Assembly: GCA_964428315.1 (NCBI GenBank)
Contig: CAYRXT010000007.1
Coordinates: forward strand, 5,407-69,406
DNA: 64,000 bases
Reading direction: 5' to 3'
Origin: an uncultured Planctomycetales bacterium
Lineage (GTDB): Bacteria; Omnitrophota; Gorgyraeia; Zapsychrales; CAYRXT01
Shown here piece after piece: positions 27,239-37,903 of the stretch. The translations under genes were made by a program, and so were the position numbers. Below the pieces are notes generated by a model that saw nothing but the letters and a program-made list of their open reading frames with translations, searched no databases and was not told the DNA's origin. Every line of letters begins with the position of its first letter. Within the stretch, counting starts at the first letter, position 1.

Positions 27239-28175
27239 AAGCTAATCCTACTAATTGCATGCAAAGTTCGGGAAAACTGATATCCGCCGCCGCTGCCGCC
27301 ATGGGCAGCAGGCTCGTGGCCGTAAAGCCTGGAACGGTGTTAATCTCCATGACAAAGGGGTGATCCTGACGATCAAGCATGAGGTCGACACGAGCATAAT
27401 CCGAACATCCCAGGCTCATAAAGGCCTTTTGAGCGGTATCTTGAACCAACCGGGTAACGTCCTTCGCCATCGGTGCGGGCACCAAGTATTCGGTCATTCC
27501 CTTTTCGTATTTGGCGGCAAAATCGAAAAAGGCGTTTCCCGGCCGGATTTCGACCACAGGCAAAGGCTGTCCGTCCAGGATACCGACCGTGAGCTCCCTT
27601 CCCTTTATATATTGCTCCACAAGGACGCGCTCATCATAGCCGAAGGCCACGTCGCAGGCGGAGGGCAGGCCTGTTTTGTCCCGCACGATAGTGACGCCGA
27701 TACTGGATCCTTCCCGGGCCGGTTTGACGACCACGGGAAAGAGGTCATGTCTTTGCATGGTGATCTCCCCGGCCTTTGCGGCGTCCTTTTCCAGGACAAA
27801 AAAATCGGCGACAGGGATGCCTTGGTCCCGGAATCTCGTCTGCGCGGCAATCTTGTCGATGGCCAGACGGCTGGCTTCGATTCCAGATCCCGTGTAGGGG
27901 ATCTTCCATTTTTCCAAAAGGGCCTGTATGCGGCCGTCCTCGCCGAAACGGCCGTGCAGGGCGATAAAAGCGACCTCACAGCCTCCCCCTGTAAGAAGGG
28001 CATAGAGCTCGTCCGAATCCTGCGAGGCTAGAATGATCTCGCGCGTGCAGCATCCGGCATCAGTTAGGGCCTGCGCGACCGCATGCCCCGACTTCAGGGA
28101 GATATCCCGCTCGGAAGAATCGCCGCCCATAATTACGCCGATGCGACCCAGTTCTTTTGCCCTCGCCGCCTTCAT
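27201..28175 (-). CDS. ddl: D-alanine--D-alanine ligase
   Basis: GGDSSERDISLKSG, LHGRFGEDG, FFDFAAKY and EINTVPG. Confidence 0.96.
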   Translation of the reverse strand: MKAARAKELGRIGVIMGGDSSERDISLKSGHAVAQALTDAGCCTREIILASQDSDELYALLTGGGCEVAFIALHGRFGEDGRIQALLEKWKIPYTGSGIEASRLAIDKIAAQTRFRDQGIPVADFFVLEKDAAKAGEITMQRHDLFPVVVKPAREGSSIGVTIVRDKTGLPSACDVAFGYDERVLVEQYIKGRELTVGILDGQPLPVVEIRPGNAFFDFAAKYEKGMTEYLVPAPMAKDVTRLVQDTAQKAFMSLGCSDYARVDLMLDRQDHPFVMEINTVPGFTATSLLPMAAAAADISFPELCMQLVGLAYGKKEKYAQRVF

Positions 28176-29593
28176 CGTTGTCCCTCACCCGACGGGCTCT
28201 TTTTGACAAGACTATCCTTGAGCTTCGCCTGCAGTTCTTCGCCGACCTGAACGATATCCCCGGCGCCTAAAGTTAAAACCAGATCACCCTGTCGAATAAC
28301 CTTCATCAGTCTGTCCACGATCCCTTCTTTCTTCACGTACTCAACGGGAAAACCGTTCCTGGCCTTAATGGCCTTGCACAGCGCCTCAACGCTAAGACCG
28401 CCTATAGGTTCCTCGTTGGCCGCGTAGATATCCGTTACAATAAGATAATCAATTCCTTCAAAACATCCGGGAAACATGTCGAAAAGAAATTTTGTCCGGG
28501 AATAACGGTGTGGCTGAAATACCGCGACAACCCTTCCGTGACCCAACGATTGGGCAGCCTTAAGCGTCTCCCGGATCTCATTAGGATGGTGGGCGTAGTC
28601 GTCCACGATCATGATCCCCCCGACCTCTCCCTTTTGTTGAAAACGCCGCTCGACCCCCATGTACGTCCTAAGGCTTTCCTTAATCAGATCAAAATCGATC
28701 TCCAGGGCCAGGCCTACCCCGACCGCGGCCAGGGCGTTGAGGACATTATGCCGTCCCGGCATCTGTAAGACGATCTCACCACAAGGTTTACCTTCAAGAA
28801 AACAGCGGAACCGGCTTCCGAAACCCTCGAGAAGGACATCTCCGGCGGACAAATGACATTGTCGGGAGAATCCGTACGTAAAAACCTCTCTGCGCACCCC
28901 TTTAGCCAGTTCTACCAGCCGCGCGTCTTCACCGCAAACGATTAAACGTCCGTGCGCTTTGGTATTCTTCATGAACCGGCCGTAGGCCGACAGTATATTA
29001 TCCCAGTTGCGGAAATAATCAACATGTTCGTAATCGATATTGGTGATCACCGCGTAAGTAGGCTCAAACAACAAAAAAGAACCGTCGCTCTCATCCAATT
29101 CAGCGATGAAATACTTGCCTGCGCCCATTCGCGCGTGATAGGTGTCATCCTTGACGATCCCCCCGACCAAGGCGGTCGGATCCAAACCGCCGGCGATCAA
29201 AACGCGGGCTATCATCGAAGACGTTGTGGTTTTGCCGTGCGCACCGGCCACCGTGACGCCGGTCTCGCGATTCAAGAGTCCGGCCAGGACCTCGGCCCTC
29301 TTTTTGACCGGGATGCCTTTTTCTCCGGCGGCCACCAGCTCGGGATTATCGGGCGGTATGGCCGATGAACAGACGACGCAATCGGCCGAACCGACATTCC
29401 TCCCCTTATGGCCGATGCAAACCGTCGCGCCGCGCCCAGCCAGGAATCTGGTAAAAAAGCCTTCTTTGATGTCGGAACCGCTGACCGTCATCCCTTTGTC
29501 CATCAGGAGAGAGGCGATGGTTCCCATGCCCATCCCGCCGATACCGACAAAATGATAATGCGTTTTCATGAAAGACCCGCCGTGAGGCATCAA
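28172..29593 (-). CDS. murC: UDP-N-acetylmuramate--L-alanine ligase
   Basis: GIGGMGM, GAHGKTTTS, DESDGSF, DDYAHHP and FQPHRYSR; alternative start ATG 29569. Confidence 0.96.
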   Translation of the reverse strand: MMPHGGSFMKTHYHFVGIGGMGMGTIASLLMDKGMTVSGSDIKEGFFTRFLAGRGATVCIGHKGRNVGSADCVVCSSAIPPDNPELVAAGEKGIPVKKRAEVLAGLLNRETGVTVAGAHGKTTTSSMIARVLIAGGLDPTALVGGIVKDDTYHARMGAGKYFIAELDESDGSFLLFEPTYAVITNIDYEHVDYFRNWDNILSAYGRFMKNTKAHGRLIVCGEDARLVELAKGVRREVFTYGFSRQCHLSAGDVLLEGFGSRFRCFLEGKPCGEIVLQMPGRHNVLNALAAVGVGLALEIDFDLIKESLRTYMGVERRFQQKGEVGGIMIVDDYAHHPNEIRETLKAAQSLGHGRVVAVFQPHRYSRTKFLFDMFPGCFEGIDYLIVTDIYAANEEPIGGLSVEALCKAIKARNGFPVEYVKKEGIVDRLMKVIRQGDLVLTLGAGDIVQVGEELQAKLKDSLVKKSPSGEGQR

Positions 29594-30375
29594 TTGCGTT
29601 TCAAATACTCGATCCAGGCGCTGTTTAGATCTTCAAGGTCCTCGAAACGGTAATACGCTGAGTAGACGGCGCCGTCCAAGGACAAGCCTTCTTTTAGGTT
29701 TCTGCAGAGCTTGACAAATTTGTATTTTCCGTGTTCGGTAATCAGATAATACACTATGCTGGCAGCCTCGGCATAAAAAAGGTTCACCTTTTCCCGGGGT
29801 GTACGGCGTGTCAAACGCACATGGCTAAGCTCGCTCAGAGGGATGAAGGACCCATCCTCAATGGCGGCCTTCACGATCTTGTTGGCGCCCCACCGCTTGG
29901 CCTTTTCCTGGTACATCGCCACGCCCTCATCCAGCCACAGGGGGCTGCTGGCTCGGAAACCAATAAATTCACGGAAGACGATGTGGCCCAGTTCATGAGG
30001 CAGGGTTGTATCAAAGAACCCGTGCATGGTCGGATAGGTCCTTATGAGCTTGTCCGCCGCCGAAGCGACCCCGGACGACCAGCGCGCCTGTTTCGCGGAT
30101 TCATAATAATCCTCGTCATCATCGTAGATATAGATCTTCGCGCGTTCATCCCATGACCAGGCGTTCGTCCGGCTGAACCCAAGATTGTTCGTCACCTGCT
30201 GGTAATAGTACTCGGCGGTCTCTTCCACCGTCTTGACAAAATCTTCCGGGACATCCTTGTAATAAATGAGAAAATGGGATCCCCTGTATTCTTTCCATTC
30301 CTCCTGCGCCCGGGCCAAAACACTGGACAATATAAGTAAAACACCTATGATAAGTATCCGTCGACGGGTTCTCAT
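29590..30375 (-). CDS. Secreted gluzincin (clan MA-like) zinc metallopeptidase
   Basis: Signal peptide, HELGH (HExxH) followed by PLWLDEGVA (third ligand Glu), and FYAEA. Confidence 0.8.
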   Translation of the reverse strand: MRTRRRILIIGVLLILSSVLARAQEEWKEYRGSHFLIYYKDVPEDFVKTVEETAEYYYQQVTNNLGFSRTNAWSWDERAKIYIYDDDEDYYESAKQARWSSGVASAADKLIRTYPTMHGFFDTTLPHELGHIVFREFIGFRASSPLWLDEGVAMYQEKAKRWGANKIVKAAIEDGSFIPLSELSHVRLTRRTPREKVNLFYAEAASIVYYLITEHGKYKFVKLCRNLKEGLSLDGAVYSAYYRFEDLEDLNSAWIEYLKRN

Positions 30376-31451
30376 TCTTTTTTTCGCGTTATCTCGCTAG
30401 CCAGCCGCAGCGTTGCGTCCGAAAGAAATGTGCGTACGGACTTATGTACCCCCGGCTTTGCGGGCATTCCTCCCTTAAAAAGTATATCGACAATCTCCTC
30501 TTTAAGCAAACGAGGATTGGTCTGATTTTGTTCCAGGATGCGGACGATTCCGGTCTCCTTCAATAATTGGGCATTCTCCATTTGATGCCCCCCTGCAAAA
30601 GGATAGGGGATCAAAATGGCGGGCGTGCGGAAGCAAGACAGTTCGCTGACCGTCAAGGCGCCAGCACGGGAAACAACCAGATCCGCCAAGGCATAGGCCT
30701 CTTCCATGGCCTCCAGGAAACTGAACAGACAGCAATGGATCCCGGCTTTCGTATATGCCTCTGTCAACGACACGAAGTCGACGCTTCCGCAGATATGGAT
30801 CACCCCAAAATCGTGATGCTCCTTCAGAATCTTAACGGCCTCGAAAAATTGCCGGTTGATAAACTGCGCGCCCTGGCTGCCGCCGAATACGAGAATAACT
30901 GGGATATTGTCCCTGATTCCATATTTCCTGCGCAATTCGGACGGGCTCACATCGATACCGCGCAGATGGATGGGGCATCCGGTCAGGACAGTTTTCTTCT
31001 CCGTGAAATACCGCCGCGTCCGGCTAAAACTGATGGCGATCTTGTCGACCCGGCCGGCCAGGATACGGTTGGCGCGTCCCGGCACAACGTTCTGTTCATG
31101 GATGACAGTCGCAATCCCCATCCTCTGGGCCGCCAAAACGACCGGGAACGAGGCATAACTCCCGAAACCCACCACAACATCAGGATTGAATCTATGCAAT
31201 TCTTCTCGGGCTCGGCGGTAACCGGCGACCATCTTAGCGCAAAATGGAAGCAACGTCCACGGCCGGACAACCGCTAAACCACTGACCCGCACTCCGACAA
31301 CCTCATGTCCGTAACGCCGGACCAGCCGCTCGCCTTCGCCTGCCGAGGCAAAAAAAAGGATCCCGTGACGCTCCTTTTGAAGTGCGCTGGCGACACTCAG
31401 GGCCGGAAAGATATGGCCTCCCGATCCTCCCGTCGCCAGTACTATGCGCAT
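30372..31451 (-). CDS. murG: Lipid II GlcNAc transferase
   Basis: GGSGGHIFP, HEQNVVPGRAN, GGSQGA, SRAGALT and HQMENA. Confidence 0.96.
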   Translation of the reverse strand: MRIVLATGGSGGHIFPALSVASALQKERHGILFFASAGEGERLVRRYGHEVVGVRVSGLAVVRPWTLLPFCAKMVAGYRRAREELHRFNPDVVVGFGSYASFPVVLAAQRMGIATVIHEQNVVPGRANRILAGRVDKIAISFSRTRRYFTEKKTVLTGCPIHLRGIDVSPSELRRKYGIRDNIPVILVFGGSQGAQFINRQFFEAVKILKEHHDFGVIHICGSVDFVSLTEAYTKAGIHCCLFSFLEAMEEAYALADLVVSRAGALTVSELSCFRTPAILIPYPFAGGHQMENAQLLKETGIVRILEQNQTNPRLLKEEIVDILFKGGMPAKPGVHKSVRTFLSDATLRLASEITRKKE

Positions 31452-31465
31452 GTCTCTTCTCCCTT

Positions 31466-32554
31466 TTATACCTCTTCCATCCGGGAGATATTCAGCAATA
31501 ACCCCACGGCGATAAGATTAAAGACCAAGGCCGAGCCCCCGTAGCTGATAAAGGGCAGGGGCAGGCCCTTTGTCGGCAAAGCGCCGATGCTCACCCCGAT
31601 ATTAATGGCGGCCTGAAGACCGATCATCAGGATCAGGCCGGTGCTCAGATAATAGCCGAAAGGATCGCTGACCCTTTTGGCTATGCGGGCCCCCTGCCAA
31701 ATAAAAAGACTGAACAAGAATACGATAGAAAGCGTGCCCCATAATCCCAGTTCTTCGCCGACGATCGAAAGGATAAAATCCGTATGCGCGGCCGGCAAAT
31801 AGAACAGTTTCTGCATGCCCTTGCCCAGTCCCACGCCCCATACGCCGCCCGAACCAAGGGCGATCTGGGACTGCGTCAGCTGGAACCCGGCGCCGAGAGG
31901 ATCGCTCCAAGGATCGAGAAACGTCACGATCCTGGCCAGACGGTAAGAGGCTTCCAATATCAAGAAATAAAAGGCCGGTATCACCGAGGCCGCGATGAGC
32001 GCCAGATGACTTAACCGCGCACCGGCTATAAAGATCATAAGAAAATATATGATGGCGATATAAACGGTCGTCCCCATGTCCGGCTGCCGGAGAATCAAAA
32101 GGCTGAAAACTCCCAAAACAATCATCACCGGCAGGAACCCCCTGCGGAAATAGCGTATGCGGTCACGCTTGCGGCACAGGTAGTCCGCCAAGTAAATAAT
32201 CATGGCCATTTTCGCGAATTCCGATGGCTGAAAACTTAAACCTCCTGCTTTGAACCATCGCTGGGCACCGCCGATCTCCGCGCCGATACCGGGAACAAGC
32301 ACGAGGACAAGCATAGCAAAAGCGGCGGTCAAAAGCGGTTTCGCGAAATTCTGAAGTCTGCGGTAATCAAAACTCATGGCACCCAACATCAGGAAAAAAC
32401 CCGCCGTTAAAAAAAGCAGATGCCGCCTCAAATAATAACTGCTTTGGCCATGCTCCTCCAGGGCGTAAATCCCGCTCGAGGAGAATATCATCATCACTCC
32501 CGCACACATCAGGATCGAAACGATCACGGCAAGGGATATTCTTAGATCACGCAT
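31466..32554 (-). CDS. ftsW: SEDS peptidoglycan polymerase FtsW
   Basis: FQPSEFAK, LPAAHTDFI and GLPLPFISYGGS. Confidence 0.95.
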   Translation of the reverse strand: MRDLRISLAVIVSILMCAGVMMIFSSSGIYALEEHGQSSYYLRRHLLFLTAGFFLMLGAMSFDYRRLQNFAKPLLTAAFAMLVLVLVPGIGAEIGGAQRWFKAGGLSFQPSEFAKMAMIIYLADYLCRKRDRIRYFRRGFLPVMIVLGVFSLLILRQPDMGTTVYIAIIYFLMIFIAGARLSHLALIAASVIPAFYFLILEASYRLARIVTFLDPWSDPLGAGFQLTQSQIALGSGGVWGVGLGKGMQKLFYLPAAHTDFILSIVGEELGLWGTLSIVFLFSLFIWQGARIAKRVSDPFGYYLSTGLILMIGLQAAINIGVSIGALPTKGLPLPFISYGGSALVFNLIAVGLLLNISRMEEV

Positions 32555-33837
32555 TATGTCAACCGATTAACGAGGTCCTTGAAAACGCGCCCCCGATCTT
32601 CGTAATCTTTAAACATGTCGAAACTCGCGCACATCGGACAAAGCAGAATGCAGTCGCCGGTATCGGCCAGGGCCCGGGCCCGATTGACCGCCTCCGGCAG
32701 TGTTGCGCTCTCCTCGATAGGCACTGCGCCCTTCCACGCCTTTGCCATCTTCCGACGTGCCTCACCGATCAGGACAAGGTGTTTGACCCGCGCGGCGACC
32801 ATTTCTTTGAGCTCTGTAAAATCGCTGTTCTTATCCCTGCCGCCGCTGATCATCACAATAGGTCTCTCCAGGGATTGAAGAGCCCAGCGGCCGGATTCGA
32901 CTGTCGTGGCCTTCGAATCGTTGACATATTCCACGCCGTCCAATCGGCGCACGCGTTCCAGCCGATGTTCAACGCCTTTAAAATCAAGGCACGTCTGCAG
33001 GGCCGAATCTTTCCGTATGCCCAGGATCTCCGCCACGCGGACCGCCGCCAGAAAATTAGGATTATCCGTGCCGACATCTTCTTTCTGCTGAGGGTCTGCG
33101 AAAAAGGCCACCCGGGCCTTGAGCTCTCCTTTCAAGGCGCGCAGACGTTCTTCCCCGAAATTCAAAACAGCAAAATCCTCAGCGGTCTGATTGAGAAAAA
33201 TAGTCTTTTTTGCCGCAAAATATTCGTCCATATCCGCATGCCGGTCCATATGGTTCGGGCTGAAATTCAGCCAAAGGGCTACGCGGGGGCGAAAAGACTG
33301 AATCGTTTCCAACTGAAAAGAGCTGATCTCGACGACCGCCCAGGTGTCTTTGTTCATCTTTTCCACAAAGGCGCTGAGAGGACGGCCGATGTTACCGCAC
33401 AGGCAGACCTCTTGACCTGCCGCCTCGAGAATCCGGGCAATTAACGTGGAAACGGTCGTCTTGCCGTTACTCCCGGTCACCCCGATGACCTTGCCCGGGC
33501 AAAACTGCCAGGCCAATTCCAACTCGCCGATAACAGGGATGCCTTCGCTTCTGGCCCACGCGATCACGGGAGCATTCCGGGGGACGCCCGGGCTCACAAC
33601 AACCATATAGCTGCCTCGAATAAATTGTTCGCGATGTCCTCCGAACTCAACGGCCACCCTGTGCCTCTCCGGCCATTCCCGAAAGGCGGCATGGATTGTC
33701 TGATCATCTTTCTGCTCGGAGATTTTTACGCGTCCGCCCTCGCGCAGGACCAGGGATGCCGCCGCCTGTCCGCTGCGGGCGAACCCCACAACCGTCACTA
33801 TCTTGTCTTCTAACAGTACGTTCGAAAAGGACCGCAT
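32554..33837 (-). CDS. murD: UDP-MurNAc-L-Ala--D-Glu ligase
   Basis: TGSNGKTT, GNIG, EISSFQLE, NDSKAT and ASFDMF. Confidence 0.96.
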   Translation of the reverse strand: MRSFSNVLLEDKIVTVVGFARSGQAAASLVLREGGRVKISEQKDDQTIHAAFREWPERHRVAVEFGGHREQFIRGSYMVVVSPGVPRNAPVIAWARSEGIPVIGELELAWQFCPGKVIGVTGSNGKTTVSTLIARILEAAGQEVCLCGNIGRPLSAFVEKMNKDTWAVVEISSFQLETIQSFRPRVALWLNFSPNHMDRHADMDEYFAAKKTIFLNQTAEDFAVLNFGEERLRALKGELKARVAFFADPQQKEDVGTDNPNFLAAVRVAEILGIRKDSALQTCLDFKGVEHRLERVRRLDGVEYVNDSKATTVESGRWALQSLERPIVMISGGRDKNSDFTELKEMVAARVKHLVLIGEARRKMAKAWKGAVPIEESATLPEAVNRARALADTGDCILLCPMCASFDMFKDYEDRGRVFKDLVNRLT

Positions 33838-33869
33838 GACACCTTGTTTTCAACAGACCGGGACCGGCC

Positions 33870-34976
33870 TCAACGGATTTTCAGCGTCGTGAGCGTGATC
33901 AACGCCAGTATTATGGCCGATATCCAGAAACGGATGATAATCTTGGATTCATCCCATCCCGAAAGCTGCAGATGATGATGCAGGGGAGAAACCTTAAACA
34001 GCCGTTTCCTTCGTGTTTTAAATGAGACAACCTGTAAAATAACCGACAAGGCCTCGACAACAAAAATCCCGCCCGCGAGGACAAGCAACATCTCTTTTTT
34101 GATAAAAATGGCGATCACCCCGATCGTACCGCCAAGCGACAAAGATCCAACATCCCCCATGAAAATCGTGGCGGGGTAACAGTTGAACCACAAAAATCCC
34201 AGACTGGCCCCGAGCATGGCGGCGCAGATCACGGTCAATTCACCTGCGCCGGGCAGAAAAGGAATGAAAAGGTACTGGCTGAATGTCATATGGCCGCTGA
34301 TATAGCATAAGATGCTGAAAGTCATGGAGACAATCAGGACACACCCTATGGCCAAACCATCAAGACCATCCGTCAGGTTGACCGCATTGGATGATCCCAC
34401 AATGACCAGAATGGCAAAAAGGACATAAAATATGCCGAGATTCAGGACCAGGGCCTTGAAGAAGGGGATCTCCAGCGTCGGCGCGATAGCTGGATTCGTG
34501 TAGGCGAACCATCCGATAACCAGCCCCAGGGCGCATTGCCAAAACAGTTTCGTGCGGGCGCCCAGACCTCTTTTCATTTTCAGCGAACCGGCACCTTTTT
34601 TCTGGCGCAGCTTGATAGTATCATCCACGCATCCCAGTACGGCCAACGCGATCATGGTTAACAGCGTCATCTGGACATATTGATTGCCAAGATCTGCCCA
34701 CAATAAAACGGATAAGACAATGCTCCCTATGATAAACAGGCCTCCCATCGTAGGTGTGCCCTTCTTCTTCCCGTGAAAGGTGTCCAGCTGAGGGCAATCT
34801 TTGCGTTGGACGTCTTCATGAATACTGCGCTCTTTGAACTTCCGGATAAAAAGGGGACCGAAGATAACGCACAGCACAAAGGTCGTGATCGCGGCCATCC
34901 CCGAACGGAAGGTGATGTACCTGAAAATGTTGAAAGCAAAGAAGAGATCCCGGAAACCCGATAAGTAGTAAAACAT
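33870..34976 (-). CDS. mraY: Phospho-MurNAc-pentapeptide transferase
   Basis: GTPTMGG, NAVNLTDGLDGL, FMGDVGS and PLHHH. Confidence 0.97.
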   Translation of the reverse strand: MFYYLSGFRDLFFAFNIFRYITFRSGMAAITTFVLCVIFGPLFIRKFKERSIHEDVQRKDCPQLDTFHGKKKGTPTMGGLFIIGSIVLSVLLWADLGNQYVQMTLLTMIALAVLGCVDDTIKLRQKKGAGSLKMKRGLGARTKLFWQCALGLVIGWFAYTNPAIAPTLEIPFFKALVLNLGIFYVLFAILVIVGSSNAVNLTDGLDGLAIGCVLIVSMTFSILCYISGHMTFSQYLFIPFLPGAGELTVICAAMLGASLGFLWFNCYPATIFMGDVGSLSLGGTIGVIAIFIKKEMLLVLAGGIFVVEALSVILQVVSFKTRRKRLFKVSPLHHHLQLSGWDESKIIIRFWISAIILALITLTTLKIR

Positions 34977-35081
34977 ATCTCACCTCATAGATAAGAAGTG
35001 CCTGGTATAGAATGTTTTTTGCACTGCACCCTTTGCTCCCGCTTCTTCACAAAGGCCTGATGAGTCACAACTATTTCAGCC

Positions 35082-36452
35082 TCATAAAGCCAGAGGCTTT
35101 TTCAATAACTCGACAACGTCTTCGAGCTTAATCCGGCGCGACCCCTTTACCAGCACGGCGTCCCCTCGATTCAGACACGTCTTCAAAAACCGCATCAGGG
35201 TGCCTTTATTATGAAAGTGCCTGGCCTCAAGCGCGGGATTGCGTCCTTTTGCGGTCTGAGATACGATACGTGCCTCCCGGCCGATTGTCAACACCAGATC
35301 AATATCGCAAGATGCGATTTGTGCGCCCAGGCGGCGATGCCAATGGGACGAACGCGGGCCCAGCTCCAGCATATCACCGCACACGAGCACCTTCCGGCCG
35401 CGGACATTGCGTTCAGATAGGGTCTTCACGGCACTGGAAAAGGAGAGCGGGTTGGCATTGTAGGTATCATCAATGACCGTAAGACCATGAAGGCAAAAAG
35501 TCCTCTGCCGGCCGGGCGGAAACACAAAATCCTTCAAGGCATCCTGCATGGTTCTTACAGGAATCTTAAGGATGCGGCCGCATAGAATACTGGCCGCGGC
35601 ATTGACCGCATTGTGCGTAACCGAGCTTTTCAACCGAAAGCGCCTCCTCAAAAAGGAAAAATGAAGAAACCGGTTCTCCTCAACCCGTATCCCGCTGATT
35701 GAAAACCTGCCTTCGCCGTTTTGGCCAAAACCGTAAAGTCGTTGGGACGAGACGCGCGTTTCGACCTTCCTCACAAACGGATCATCGCGATTATAAATCA
35801 CGGTTCCCCCTGGCCTCATGAAACGGACCAAATCAAATTTTTCCTCGAATACTCGTGAAGGCGATTTCAGAAACTCCAGATGGGCCGCACCGACATTCAG
35901 CAAGACAGCGACCGTCGGCTCACAGATCTTCGTCAAATAACGGATCTCTCCGAAATGGTTTGTGCCCAGTTCCACGACGCAAATGTCATGGCGAGGGCTC
36001 AACCGCAATAACGTCAGGGGGACACCGATATCGTTATTCTGTGTTCCTGCGTTCTTCAAAACCGTATATTTCCTCCGCAATATGGCGGCAGTCATTTCTT
36101 TGGTTGTTGTCTTGCCGGAACTGCCGGTCACCGCGATGACCGGTCCAGCAAAACGTCTTCTGACAAAGCGGGCGAGGTCTCCCAACGCCAGCCGCGTATC
36201 CCTGACGCAGATCACGCTGACCCCCGCGGGGCATCTGATCTTTCCGCGCTGTACAACAACAACCCTCACACCCTTTCCAACGACCTGAGGCAAAAATTCA
36301 TGCCCGTCGAAGCGTTTTCCCCGAAGGGCGACAAAAGCCTCCCCCCGCGTTATCTTCCGCGAGTCGATCGAAACCCCGCGGCATGTTCCTCCGGCAGGTC
36401 CTTTGACCAGCTCACCCCCTGTCGCCTCCACTATATCACTGATCTTCATCAT
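35082..36452 (-). CDS. murF: UDP-MurNAc-tripeptide--D-Ala-D-Ala ligase
   Basis: TGSSGKTTTKE, NNDIGVP, DDTYNANP, GDMLELG and LVKGSR. Confidence 0.96.
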   Translation of the reverse strand: MMKISDIVEATGGELVKGPAGGTCRGVSIDSRKITRGEAFVALRGKRFDGHEFLPQVVGKGVRVVVVQRGKIRCPAGVSVICVRDTRLALGDLARFVRRRFAGPVIAVTGSSGKTTTKEMTAAILRRKYTVLKNAGTQNNDIGVPLTLLRLSPRHDICVVELGTNHFGEIRYLTKICEPTVAVLLNVGAAHLEFLKSPSRVFEEKFDLVRFMRPGGTVIYNRDDPFVRKVETRVSSQRLYGFGQNGEGRFSISGIRVEENRFLHFSFLRRRFRLKSSVTHNAVNAAASILCGRILKIPVRTMQDALKDFVFPPGRQRTFCLHGLTVIDDTYNANPLSFSSAVKTLSERNVRGRKVLVCGDMLELGPRSSHWHRRLGAQIASCDIDLVLTIGREARIVSQTAKGRNPALEARHFHNKGTLMRFLKTCLNRGDAVLVKGSRRIKLEDVVELLKKPLAL

Positions 36453-37903
36453 CCCAGGATCTTTCGGATTTCTTCACGGTCATCGAAATGCTGTCTGGTC
36501 TTGCCGAATATCTGATAATCTTCGTGCCCTTTTCCCGCGACAAGGACGATGTCACCGGCCGCGGCCGACCCGATGGCCCTTCGGATAGCCTCGGCCCTGT
36601 CGGGGATCTCTTCACAAGGTGTTCGACGGATGCCGGAACGTATCTGGCGAATAATGCCCATGGCATCCTCTCCCCGCGGATTGTCATTCGTCAAAAATAT
36701 TCGGCTGCACCAATTGTCGGCCACAGCCCCCATTTTCGGCCGTTTCTCTTTGTCCCTGTCTCCGCCGCAGCCGAAGACGAGCAAGACAGGGCGATCAGCG
36801 ATTGTCTTCAAATTGGAAAGGACGTTCTCCAAAGCGTCTTCGGTATGCGCGTAATCCACAAAAACATGGAAACCCGCATCAGCGGATATATGTTCCAGAC
36901 GTCCCGGGACACCCTGCAGGCCCTCGATCCCATTTTTGATCAGTTTGAGATCAAAGCCTTCGCTCTTCGCCCAGGCAGCGGACGCCAGGATATTGTACAC
37001 ATTATGCCGGCCAATCAGGCTGGTCCGGATAGCCTGCTCCCCTCCGTCCTTTGTCTTAATGACTAAACACGTCCCCCCAAGGTCCAAATGGATATCTTCT
37101 GCCCAGACATCACATCCGCTCAGGCAGCCGTAAGTCACCGCGGTCTTCCCGGACAAAGAGAGAATCCTTTGACCGTAAGGATCATCCCGGTTGATAACGG
37201 CCGTTCCTTCCGGAACCAATATATCAAACAAATGCTTCTTGGCACGGAAATAGTCCTCCATGGTCGTATGATAATCCAGATGGTCCTGCGTCAGGTTGGT
37301 AAAAACCGCCGACCGAAAGGCAATCGCATCCACACGTCCCTGATGCAGTGCATGGGAAGACACTTCCATAAAACAGTAGTCGGTGCGCCGCAGAGCCATC
37401 TCGGCCAGATACTCCTGGCTGTCGATCAATCCGGGTGTCGTATTGCGGCAGGGGAACATCTCCGTGCCGATACGGTAATTCACGGTTCCGATCACGCCGC
37501 AGGATCTCTTCGCCCGGCCGGCAATTGATTCGCACAGATAGGTAATGGTAGTTTTGCCGTTGGTTCCGGTAATCCCGACGACCTTAACCCGCCGGCTGGG
37601 ATGACCGAAAAACCGCTGTGCGACAACGGCCAGGGCATCACCGGGAAAGGCAACCTTCCAGTGAAAAACACCGGGGTCAGGGATATCGGGATATCCCGGG
37701 GCCGTGACGATGACGGCCGCGCCTTTGGCAACGGCCTCGGGGATATAATCCTCGCCGTTGACCTCGGGCCCTTTCAGGGCAAAGAAGACCGCCCCCGGAC
37801 GTATTCGTCGGGAATCTGACGCGACCTGCGTGATGTCTTTTTCGAGCCATTCTGACGGGACGGTCTCTTCCCCGATTCCCTCAATGAGGGCCTTCAGACG
37901 CAT
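36449..37903 (-). CDS. murE: UDP-MurNAc-dipeptide--meso-DAP ligase
   Basis: TGTNGKTT, MEVSSH, DHLDYH, DYAHT, DNPR (DAP-type motif) and AGKGHE. Confidence 0.96.
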   Translation of the reverse strand: MRLKALIEGIGEETVPSEWLEKDITQVASDSRRIRPGAVFFALKGPEVNGEDYIPEAVAKGAAVIVTAPGYPDIPDPGVFHWKVAFPGDALAVVAQRFFGHPSRRVKVVGITGTNGKTTITYLCESIAGRAKRSCGVIGTVNYRIGTEMFPCRNTTPGLIDSQEYLAEMALRRTDYCFMEVSSHALHQGRVDAIAFRSAVFTNLTQDHLDYHTTMEDYFRAKKHLFDILVPEGTAVINRDDPYGQRILSLSGKTAVTYGCLSGCDVWAEDIHLDLGGTCLVIKTKDGGEQAIRTSLIGRHNVYNILASAAWAKSEGFDLKLIKNGIEGLQGVPGRLEHISADAGFHVFVDYAHTEDALENVLSNLKTIADRPVLLVFGCGGDRDKEKRPKMGAVADNWCSRIFLTNDNPRGEDAMGIIRQIRSGIRRTPCEEIPDRAEAIRRAIGSAAAGDIVLVAGKGHEDYQIFGKTRQHFDDREEIRKILG

